A stretch of 22,917 bases of DNA, from contig CAZCWY010000006.1 in assembly GCA_964502535.1 (NCBI GenBank), positions 1-22,917 of the forward strand. Direction: 5' to 3'. Positions 1 through 7,778 of this stretch are shown piece after piece (position 1 is the first letter of the stretch; every line of letters starts with the position of its first letter). The notes under the pieces are model-generated. The model was given only the letters and a program-made list of their open reading frames with translations. It was not told the DNA's origin and made no database searches. This stretch comes from an uncultured Candidatus Saccharibacteria bacterium. GTDB taxonomy: Bacteria > Patescibacteriota > Dojkabacteria > SC72. The position numbers were made by a program, and so were the translations under genes.

Positions 1-70
1 AATAAAATTAAAATAAACTTATAGTTAACTTTAAAGAGTTTATCAAAAATATTAACTTTTAGCAAAGGGG

Positions 71-1387
71 TTATTTAAGATGAAGATAGAAAGATTTGCT
101 TCCATCGTTATGTACAACTAAGGCATATTTACATGGATATGCAGGAAGGTTAGTTGAATAAATCCCGTAATATACTTTTCCATTAGCAATGGCCTTTACG
201 GGAGCACCTTCACCAGTTAAATATGCCCAGTTTCTTCCAGTACTTCTAATGTAGTTGTCTACATTAGTGCATATTCCTGTTGGAACGGTATATGTTAAAT
301 TACTATCTTGATTACCTCTAGTGGTGCTCACCATGTCCCAAGCTCTGTGAGATGTTTTATATACCTGAGTTATTCTTCCACCATCCAATGGTGCTTTATA
401 TGTTCTGTCTGATACGTATGACCAGTATGATCCACCATTAAGGAAGAGGGAAGGATCTTGTTTAACATTGTTTCTATCACGGATTTCAAAATGTAGATGT
501 GAACCAAAAGAACAACCTGTGTGTCCTTGATATCCAATAATATTTCCAGCAGTTATAACAGTACCATTCCCAAGACCTCCAGAGTTAAATAGGGCAATAA
601 CTAAATCAGAGATCTTTTCATCCATATCTGAAATCATAGCTGTTGTTATAGCAAGATCTTTCTTATACGCTTCTTCTCTTCTTTTCGACTCTGCAAGAAG
701 ATTGTTCTTCTCAATTTTTTGTTGATCTAAATATGCTTTCTCTTCAACTAATCTTTTCTTTTCTGTCTCAACTTCATTTCTTTTCTTTTGTAAATCGGCT
801 TTCTTACTTGCTAGTAAGAGTTCTTCACCCTCCAAAGAAACCATCTTAACTGAGTATTGCTTAAGAGAGTTTTTATCATTTAATCTGGTCTCAACTAGAT
901 ATTTGATTTTTCTTATTATAGAATCTAAGTTTTTAACATCAAAGAGATATTCAAAAGGAGTTACATGAGAGAATTTATACGACTGAGTTACTCTCTCATT
1001 AACAGTCTCTTCCAAGATGTGAATTTCTTGATTTAATACACTAATATCATTTTCTTTAATAGTTATTTCCTCTGCAAGTAGATTAATCTCAATATCTTGA
1101 GCAGTTACTTCTATTCCTAGAGCTTCGATAACTTTTTCAGTTTGAGATATTTCAGTAGTAATATATTTAATTTTTTCATTTAAAGATAACTGTTGATAAT
1201 CTTCATTTTTTAATTTCTTTTGAAGAGAACCCTGACTACTTTCAAGTTTGTTTAATTCTTTCTGTAAACATATATATCTTTCTTGAGCAGGCATACTTCC
1301 AGGACAAACTTCTACAGCCTTTACATTAGCTATTGAAAATAGAAAGGAAAATATAAAAATTGTAAGAATAGCTATATATTTTTTCAT
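71..1387 (-). CDS. Secreted coiled-coil M23/LytM-family peptidase (EnvC/PcsB-like FtsEX partner) with a permuted catalytic domain
   Basis: N-terminal signal peptide (MKKYIAILTIFIFSFLFSIANVKA). About 240 aa of heptad-like K/E/L-rich sequence follows. Then GYQGHTGCSFGSHLHFEIR (the HxH motif of M23), and further downstream SHRAWD (HxxxD), GAPVKAIANGKVYYG and VVHNDGSKSFYLHLK. The start ATG overlaps the ftsX stop (ATGA). Confidence 0.85.
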   Translation of the reverse strand: MKKYIAILTIFIFSFLFSIANVKAVEVCPGSMPAQERYICLQKELNKLESSQGSLQKKLKNEDYQQLSLNEKIKYITTEISQTEKVIEALGIEVTAQDIEINLLAEEITIKENDISVLNQEIHILEETVNERVTQSYKFSHVTPFEYLFDVKNLDSIIRKIKYLVETRLNDKNSLKQYSVKMVSLEGEELLLASKKADLQKKRNEVETEKKRLVEEKAYLDQQKIEKNNLLAESKRREEAYKKDLAITTAMISDMDEKISDLVIALFNSGGLGNGTVITAGNIIGYQGHTGCSFGSHLHFEIRDRNNVKQDPSLFLNGGSYWSYVSDRTYKAPLDGGRITQVYKTSHRAWDMVSTTRGNQDSNLTYTVPTGICTNVDNYIRSTGRNWAYLTGEGAPVKAIANGKVYYGIYSTNLPAYPCKYALVVHNDGSKSFYLHLK

Positions 1388-2316
1388 ATTTGATCTTTAA
1401 GATATTTTTTAACAGCACTTACACTACTAAGGAAACCAATTAGAGAACCAGCAGTTAAATGTATCAGAACATATATTAGGATAAATGTAATATTAGGTTT
1501 AAGTACATAGGAAAGATTAATATCTTTAAACATCTCTGTTATCCAAGTAGAAAACTCTGTACCACTTGAATATATATTGGCAGAGTACCAAGGAATTAAT
1601 ACTATCAAGGTAGCGAGTAATGCTCCAATTAATCCATAGAATGTACCCTCTAGTATAAAGGGAGTACGTATAAACTTATCTGGACTGCCTACAAGATGCA
1701 TTATCTCTATCTCTTCTTGATGTATTTTAATATTAAAACCGATTGTTACTCTAATTAATGCTATTGTAATAATTATCATAGCTGAAATTAAGACAGTACC
1801 ACCTATATTTATTATTCTTGATAGTGTTTTAATATTATTAACAACATCTTTAAAATACATAACATCATCAATATTTGGATTTGTTTCTTTCGCAACATTA
1901 ATATCTTCAATAATGACAAGTAAGGAATCTATATTCTTTGCTCTAATTTCTAAACTAGGTGGAAGGGAATCTGCAGTAACGGTAGATATTAAGTCTGGAT
2001 TATCAGCAAAATCTTGCTTATATACCTCTAATGCCTCCTCTTGGGATATATAGAGTAACTCTTCTATAATCTCTGGATTATTAATCTGATCTCTAAATTT
2101 GAATATCTCACTCTCTTCTGTTCCCTTTTTAAAAAACACTATTACCTGTGCTCTCTGTTCATAGTAATCTACAGTTTTAGCTATGAGTATCGAAGCAGCA
2201 ATAAACACAGAGGTTAGTGTAAATACAATAGCAGAAACTAGAATAGTGGATACTGTTAGCCACTTATTTCTTTTTATATTTTTACTTGTAACGGTAAATA
2301 CTCTTGTATTATTCAT
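1384..2316 (-). CDS. ftsX: Cell-division ABC transporter permease FtsX
   Basis: Topology is one N-terminal TM, a roughly 120-aa extracytoplasmic domain, then three C-terminal TMs. It lies immediately downstream of ftsE with an 8-nt overlap (ATGAATAA). Confidence 0.9.
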   Translation of the reverse strand: MNNTRVFTVTSKNIKRNKWLTVSTILVSAIVFTLTSVFIAASILIAKTVDYYEQRAQVIVFFKKGTEESEIFKFRDQINNPEIIEELLYISQEEALEVYKQDFADNPDLISTVTADSLPPSLEIRAKNIDSLLVIIEDINVAKETNPNIDDVMYFKDVVNNIKTLSRIINIGGTVLISAMIIITIALIRVTIGFNIKIHQEEIEIMHLVGSPDKFIRTPFILEGTFYGLIGALLATLIVLIPWYSANIYSSGTEFSTWITEMFKDINLSYVLKPNITFILIYVLIHLTAGSLIGFLSSVSAVKKYLKDQI

Positions 2317-3256
2317 CTTTCTTCTGACTTAAATAATTCTTAACATAAGAAGCTAATTCTTTGTTTTCTCTTTTTTTTAACTTCATACCCTTTAAATCTT
2401 GTGTAGTAATATTTACTAATATCTCAGGAGATTTAATCGCATATTTTTTTAGTTTCTCTTGTAAAGATTTTGAAAGATGTTCAAACTCTTTAGAAATTTC
2501 TACCTCTTTCTTATCCTCTACTTTTGTTTCAGCTTTGGGAGTTTCCTGCTCCTTTTCTTTAGTATCCTTTTCCTTTGTTTTTGTAACCTCTTTTGCTCCT
2601 GTATCAGAGTGTAATTTTCCATCTTTAATATTTATTGTCCTGTCTGATGTGTTGTTAATTAGATTTAGATCATGAGAAATTACCATTACTGTAGTACCGC
2701 TCTTGTTAATTCTTTTTAGAATATCTAGAATCTGAATTGCATTTTGAGAATCAAGATTACCTGTTGGCTCGTCAGCAATAAAGAGATCTGGCTTATTAGC
2801 TAGCGCTCTTGCAATTGCTCCTCTCTGTTGTTCACCACCGGAAAGCTCCTGAGGAAAAAGCATTCTTCTTTCTCTAAGTCCAACTAAATCAAGCAGATAG
2901 TCAGTAGTATCTATAATTTCTTTATTACTCTTATCTAATATCTCCAAAGCGAAAGCGATATTTTCTTCAAGGGTTTTAGTATTTAATAGCTTTATATCTT
3001 GAAATACTATTCCTAATTTCTGCCTATATGCAGGAAGTAATCTTCTATTAAGTTTGGGGACTTCTATGTCATTAAAGAAAATACTTCCAGAAGTTGGAAC
3101 CTCTTCCCTTATTAGTAATTTCATTATTGTTGATTTACCAGCACCTGATGGACCTATGATAAAACAGAACTCTCCTGGATCTATTCTAAAGGTAACATCA
3201 GAAAGTGCCGTAATATCCTCTTTATATTTCTTTGTTACAGTATCAAAGATTATCAT
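2309..3256 (-). CDS. ftsE: Cell-division ABC transporter ATPase FtsE with a roughly 95-aa K/E-rich C-terminal extension
   Basis: Walker A GPSGAGKST, ABC signature LSGGEQQR, Walker B LFIADEPTGNLD and H-loop ISHD. The ABC core ends near residue 220, and residues about 220-315 are extra. Confidence 0.93.
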   Translation of the reverse strand: MIIFDTVTKKYKEDITALSDVTFRIDPGEFCFIIGPSGAGKSTIMKLLIREEVPTSGSIFFNDIEVPKLNRRLLPAYRQKLGIVFQDIKLLNTKTLEENIAFALEILDKSNKEIIDTTDYLLDLVGLRERRMLFPQELSGGEQQRGAIARALANKPDLFIADEPTGNLDSQNAIQILDILKRINKSGTTVMVISHDLNLINNTSDRTINIKDGKLHSDTGAKEVTKTKEKDTKEKEQETPKAETKVEDKKEVEISKEFEHLSKSLQEKLKKYAIKSPEILVNITTQDLKGMKLKKRENKELASYVKNYLSQKKDE

Positions 3257-3291
3257 GAGCAGTTTATAAGCAGATTAAGTTACGGTATATA

Positions 3292-4374
3292 TTACTGTAT
3301 TCTGAGCTGGGCTTCAAGAAACTCTTCAATATTCCCATCTAGAATACTTTCTGGGTTGCTACTTTCTAAATTACTCCTTAAATCCTTAACCAATTTATAC
3401 GGATGTAGTATGTAGTTTCTTATCTGATTTCCCCATCCAGCTAATTTGTAATCTCCCTTTATTTGAGAAATCTCCTTTAATCTGTTTTCTTCCAATATCT
3501 TCCAAAGTTTACCTTTTAATATTTGCATAGCTTTCTGTCGATTTTGAAGCTGACTTCTTTCCTGAGAGCAAGTAACAGTTATTCCTGATGGAATATGTGT
3601 AATCTCCACTGCGGAGGATGTTTTGTTTACATTCTGTCCTCCAGGACCTCCAGATTTTGTTGCTTTAAATTCTATATCTGTTTCTGGTATCTCAATATCC
3701 TTTTCTAAGTCAGCAAGTATAGGGATAACTTCAACACCTGCAAATGATGTTTGTCTAAGATTTTGGGCATTAAATGGAGATAGCCTAATTAACCTATGTG
3801 TTCCGTGTTCCTTTTTTAATAATCCATATGAATATTTACCAAGAATATCAATAGAAACAGTAGCAATACCCGCCTCATTTCCTTTAACAATGTTAGTAAT
3901 ATTGTACTTCCAACCCATTTTCTCAATATATCTGGTATACATTCTAAAAAGCATCTCACACCAATCCTCAGCTTCTATACCTCCCTGTCCAGCGTGTATC
4001 GAGAGAGTTGCATTACAGATATCATATTTCCCGGAAAGAAATTTTAGAGATTCAAACTGAGATACCTCAAGTTTAATTCTTTGGAAATCTTCAGACAGAA
4101 TATCTTGTTCATTGATACTCGTATCATCAATAAGGGAGAGTAGAGAATTTAAATTGTTTTTTATAGAGTCAATTTTATCAATCTCTTGTTTAATATCAGA
4201 GATTTGTATCAAGACATCTTGTGCATGTTTCTGATTATCCCAAAGGGCCTTATTACTACTTTCAGTTTCTAAAGAAGAAAGGATTTCTTTTTTAGAATCA
4301 ATATCCAAAGACTTCTCAATCTCTAGCACTTTTTCGAGTAATTGTTCTGTATCTCTTTTACTAATATTTCCCAT
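3292..4374 (-). CDS. prfB: Peptide chain release factor 2, encoded as one uninterrupted frame
   Basis: GGQ motif (SGGPGGQNVNKTSSAV) and the RF2-specific SPF tripeptide (RLSPFNAQ). The 360-aa ORF covers the N-terminal region that is frameshift-encoded in many bacteria. Confidence 0.95.
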   Translation of the reverse strand: MGNISKRDTEQLLEKVLEIEKSLDIDSKKEILSSLETESSNKALWDNQKHAQDVLIQISDIKQEIDKIDSIKNNLNSLLSLIDDTSINEQDILSEDFQRIKLEVSQFESLKFLSGKYDICNATLSIHAGQGGIEAEDWCEMLFRMYTRYIEKMGWKYNITNIVKGNEAGIATVSIDILGKYSYGLLKKEHGTHRLIRLSPFNAQNLRQTSFAGVEVIPILADLEKDIEIPETDIEFKATKSGGPGGQNVNKTSSAVEITHIPSGITVTCSQERSQLQNRQKAMQILKGKLWKILEENRLKEISQIKGDYKLAGWGNQIRNYILHPYKLVKDLRSNLESSNPESILDGNIEEFLEAQLRIQ

Positions 4375-4418
4375 TCTTGTATATTATACTATCCTAGTTT
4401 AAAAAATATACAACAAAG

Positions 4419-6071
4419 ATGTTTGGACTATTTGAAAAAAAGAAAAGAAAAGATGGCAAAGATGGAGGAACAAAACAGCTAAGTAAATTTGTTGTGCTTT
4501 TAATACTTGATGGCTTTGGAATACATCCTGATCCAGAAGGAAATGCTGTATTAGGATCTAATACTCCTTTTTTGGATACTGCTTGGACATATGGTAAATC
4601 AACTCTTTTAAATGCATCGGGTACATATGTAGGTCTTCCTTCAGAGGAAGCAGGAAATTCAGAGGTTGGACATCTTAATTTAGGTGCGGGACAGGTAGTA
4701 TATCAATCATATCCAAGAATTAATGATGCAATTTCCACCCACGAATTAGACAGCAATATTGTACTGCGAGATGCCTTTGCTGAGGTTAGGAAGAGAGGTT
4801 CTAGTATACATCTTGCAGGAGTATTAAGTCCTGCTGGTGTACATGGTCATATTAAACATCTTTTTTCTTTAATGGAGATTTGTAAAGCTAATGGTATAGA
4901 TCCATATATTCATATTTTTTTTGATGGAAGAGATACTCCTCCTAAGGATGGATTTCTGTATTTAAATAAATTAAATGAAAAAATCAAAGAGCTCGGAATT
5001 GGAACGATTTCATCTATTCAGGGAAGATTTTATGGTATGGATAGGGATAATCGTTGGGAGAGAATTAAGTTGGCGTATGATGCAATGGTTGGATTGTCTC
5101 CAGACACTTTTCAGGATCCAGTAGTTGCTCTTCAAAGAGCTTATGCAAACAATATAACAGATGAATTTATTAAACCATCCACCCGAGTAGATATCACTGG
5201 TACTCCAATAGGGGCGATAAAATCTAATGATATTCTTCTTCTTTGGAATTTTAGAGAAGATCGTGCAAGAGAATTAAGTAAAGCTTTTATATCAAAGGAG
5301 TTTGAGCATTTTGTAAGAAGAAATTATCCTGAGAATCTATATCTTGTAACAATGACTGGTTATGAACAAGGAATCGATGCACACGTTATCTTCCCTCCTA
5401 AAAAAATTACTCTTCCTGTCGCTGAATATATTTCTAATCAAGGTTTTAATCAATTACACATCTCTGAAACTGAGAAGAATATGCATGTAACATATTTCTT
5501 TAATGGTGGTATCGAACAGCCTCATTTAGGTGAAGACTTTTTTAATATTCCTTCCCCAAGAGTAGAAAATTATGCAACGATTCCTCAAATGAGTTCTCCA
5601 ATAATTAGGGATGAGGTTGTAAAAAGAATTAAAGCATTTGATACATACAAGTACAAATTTATTGTTATTAATTTTGCAAATCCAGATATGTTAGGTCATA
5701 CAGGTGATTACTATGCAACAGTTAAAGGAAATGAAATAGTTGACCAATTAACTGCAGATATTTCTAAGATTACTCTCTCTATGGGTGGAGCAATGGTAAT
5801 TACTGCAGACCATGGAAATTGTGAGACTATGATAAATAGGGTAACTAAGGAGGTTGATATCGCACATACCAACAATCCAGTTCCTTTGGTAGTACTTACA
5901 AGTATGAAGGATATAACTCCAAAACCAGGTGATAAGATGATTAAAATTGGAACTGGACAAAATGCTCATACGACAGGACTATTAGCAGATATCTCTCCTA
6001 CCTGTCTCGGACTTTTAGGCTTGGATATTCCTGACAGTATGACAGGAGTTGATTTAAGAAACATTTTCTAG
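4419..6071 (+). CDS. gpmI: 2,3-bisphosphoglycerate-independent phosphoglycerate mutase
   Basis: LILDGFG near the N-terminus, SEVGHLNLGAGQVVYQ, a NFANPDMLGHTG-type motif and ITADHGNCE. Length is about 550 aa. Confidence 0.95.
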   Translation: MFGLFEKKKRKDGKDGGTKQLSKFVVLLILDGFGIHPDPEGNAVLGSNTPFLDTAWTYGKSTLLNASGTYVGLPSEEAGNSEVGHLNLGAGQVVYQSYPRINDAISTHELDSNIVLRDAFAEVRKRGSSIHLAGVLSPAGVHGHIKHLFSLMEICKANGIDPYIHIFFDGRDTPPKDGFLYLNKLNEKIKELGIGTISSIQGRFYGMDRDNRWERIKLAYDAMVGLSPDTFQDPVVALQRAYANNITDEFIKPSTRVDITGTPIGAIKSNDILLLWNFREDRARELSKAFISKEFEHFVRRNYPENLYLVTMTGYEQGIDAHVIFPPKKITLPVAEYISNQGFNQLHISETEKNMHVTYFFNGGIEQPHLGEDFFNIPSPRVENYATIPQMSSPIIRDEVVKRIKAFDTYKYKFIVINFANPDMLGHTGDYYATVKGNEIVDQLTADISKITLSMGGAMVITADHGNCETMINRVTKEVDIAHTNNPVPLVVLTSMKDITPKPGDKMIKIGTGQNAHTTGLLADISPTCLGLLGLDIPDSMTGVDLRNIF

Positions 6072-6829
6072 ATTCCGAAGAATAGTAAAATAATTCCTAA
6101 TATTATTCTATATACTCCAAAAAATGTAAGCCAATTCTTCTTACTGTATTTTTTGAGTAATATTAATCCAAGATATGTAATAATTCCCGCTATTAATATT
6201 CCAAAAATATCTTTTCCATTCAAAACTCTTTCTGGGTATTCCTTTAAAATTTGATAAATAGGTGCTGCAAGTAACAGAGGTAAACCTAAAAGGAATGAAT
6301 ATTGAATAGCAGTATATTTATTTAAACCTGTAAACATACCAAAAATTGTTGATATTCCAGATCTAGAACCTCCGGGAACTAATGCAAATATCTGACTTAA
6401 ACCCATTACTAAAGATTGTTTCCAGCTAACTTCTTCAAACTCAATTTCACTTGGTTCTTTTCTTCGTTCGATTAATATCATTAGTATCCCCCAAAGAATT
6501 AGAGATATTGCTATAAAGAGGTTTCCTCTTAATTTCTCTTCAATAATGGATTCAAAGAGTAATCCTACAATTCCTGCAGGAATGGTTGAGAGAAGAATTT
6601 TAAGATATAGGGACAATTTCTTTTTTGCAAATATATTTTTAAAAAGAAAATTATAGAAAGATATTAATAGAGCAATTGTAGTACCTAAATGTAAGACAGA
6701 TAAAAGATATGTATCCATTTTAATATCTAGTATCTGTGAGCTTAGAATTAAATGTGCACTGCTAGATATGGGAAGTAGCTCCGTTAATCCTTGTAAAAAG
6801 CCTAGTACTGCTATTTTTAGTGTATCCAT
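6068..6829 (-). CDS. uppP: Undecaprenyl-diphosphate phosphatase (BacA/UppP)
   Basis: Signature motifs ELLPISSSAHL and PGGSRSG in a polytopic membrane protein of about 250 aa. Confidence 0.95.
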   Translation of the reverse strand: MDTLKIAVLGFLQGLTELLPISSSAHLILSSQILDIKMDTYLLSVLHLGTTIALLISFYNFLFKNIFAKKKLSLYLKILLSTIPAGIVGLLFESIIEEKLRGNLFIAISLILWGILMILIERRKEPSEIEFEEVSWKQSLVMGLSQIFALVPGGSRSGISTIFGMFTGLNKYTAIQYSFLLGLPLLLAAPIYQILKEYPERVLNGKDIFGILIAGIITYLGLILLKKYSKKNWLTFFGVYRIILGIILLFFGI

Positions 6830-6875
6830 ATCTTTTAATATGTTATATTATTTACATATGATATATTCTACTTAT

Positions 6876-7562
6876 ATGAAACAAAAAAAGATAGTACAGT
6901 ATCTCTTCTGTATATTCATTTTTATATTATCCTTTATTAAAGTCTCTGCAGCTTCGCCTTCTTTCTCATTCTATCCATCTTCTGGAATCGTTAAAAATAC
7001 ACAAGAAGGATTTACTCTAGATATATTAATAGATTCTGGCACCTATGAACTTAATAAGGCTCGTGCTGTAATTAAATTTGATCCTAAAGTAATTCAACTT
7101 AGAAAAGCATCTAGAAACACCTCTTTGTTTGAAGGGTGGCCAGAGGATCAGAGTAGTACGGATAATATAAATGGGGTTATTATGCTAACAGGAATAACCC
7201 AAGATAATGAGGAAGTACCTTTCTATAAAACAGATACAAGCCCTGATGTATTTGCAAGGTTTGAATTTGATGTAATTACTACTGAAAAGCAAGATTTTGT
7301 ATTAAATTTTGAATTTTCTGGTGAGGATGAAGAGTTAATGTCTGTTTTAATTGATAATGAGAGTACTGAAAACATCCTTGCTATTAAGCCACTCTCTGCA
7401 ATCTTTTCTTTAACGGGAGAAGATATTCCCAAGACAGGAATAAGTATGAGTGCATTGGGTGCAATTTTAGGTGTGTTGCTAATTCTTGTTGGAGGATATA
7501 TTAGAACAAGTAGTAATATCTTCTTTAGAAAACGAACCGGTACAATTGTTCTTTCTGAGTAG
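6876..7562 (+). CDS. Cohesin-like surface protein with a C-terminal sortase-type sorting signal
   Basis: I call the start at the internal ATG (MKQKKIVQYLFCIFIFILSFIKVSA, a signal peptide) rather than the ORF-track start at 6768, which overlaps uppP. The beta-rich body resembles cohesin (FTLDILIDSG..ARAVIKFDPKVIQL). The C-terminus is IPKTG, then a hydrophobic span, then a basic FFRKR tail. Confidence 0.7.
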   Translation: MKQKKIVQYLFCIFIFILSFIKVSAASPSFSFYPSSGIVKNTQEGFTLDILIDSGTYELNKARAVIKFDPKVIQLRKASRNTSLFEGWPEDQSSTDNINGVIMLTGITQDNEEVPFYKTDTSPDVFARFEFDVITTEKQDFVLNFEFSGEDEELMSVLIDNESTENILAIKPLSAIFSLTGEDIPKTGISMSALGAILGVLLILVGGYIRTSSNIFFRKRTGTIVLSE

Positions 7563-7611
7563 TATATATTGAATAGAAATTGGATATCTGGTATCATTTT
7601 TAACATATTCT

Positions 7612-7684
7612 GCCGAGATAGCTCAGTTGGTAGAGCATCTGTCTGAAGAACAGAGGGTCCCCAGTCCGAACCTGGGTCTCGGCA
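7612..7684 (+). tRNA. tRNA-Phe (GAA)
   Basis: Manual cloverleaf: acceptor GCCGAGA/TCTCGGC, D-arm GCTC/GAGC, anticodon arm TCTGT-CTGAAGA-ACAGA, T-arm CCCAG-TCCGAAC-CTGGG. It is 73 nt with no encoded CCA. Confidence 0.9.
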
Positions 7685-7687
7685 TAT

Positions 7688-7761
7688 GCGAGAGTAGTTC
7701 AGTTGGCTAGAACGACACATTGCCAATGTGTAGGTCGCGGGTTCGAACCCCGTCTCTCGCT
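7688..7761 (+). tRNA. tRNA-Gly (GCC)
   Basis: Acceptor GCGAGAG/CTCTCGC, anticodon arm ACACA-TTGCCAA-TGTGT, T-arm GCGGG-TTCGAAC-CCCGT. It is 74 nt and starts 3 nt after tRNA-Phe. Confidence 0.9.
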
Positions 7762-7778
7762 TTTTTCAAATAATGAAA

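Noticed and set aside
3292-4374. Looked for the programmed +1 frameshift (in-frame TGA near codon 26) typical of many prfB genes.
   Set aside because: The 360-aa frame is uninterrupted and already includes the N-terminal region (…EIEKSLDIDSKKEILSSLE…) that aligns across the usual frameshift site. Frameshift-free prfB is common, so this is not anomalous. It is useful only as evidence, together with TGA stops such as that of ftsX, that the standard code with UGA as stop applies.
4419-4490. Lys-rich N-terminal extension of about 20 aa on GpmI (MFGLFEKKKRKDGKDGGTKQLSK) before the conserved LILDGFG start.
   Set aside because: It is probably a real but minor lineage-specific extension or a slightly early start call. 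It has no motif content and no alternative ATG, so it is too weak to interpret.
6768-6875. The upstream 36 codons of the 264-aa ORF (MGSSSVNPCKK...).
   Set aside because: This part overlaps the uppP 5' end on the opposite strand. The internal Met at 6876 gives a textbook signal peptide, so the shorter model is preferred.
7223-7726. ORFs overlapping tRNA genes: 167 aa at 7223-7726, 18784-19026, 21765-22028 and 22405-22596.
   Set aside because: They run through well-folding tRNA genes and through better-supported CDSs. Their translations contain the characteristic read-through of tRNA sequence, for example ...GFESRLS... They are spurious.
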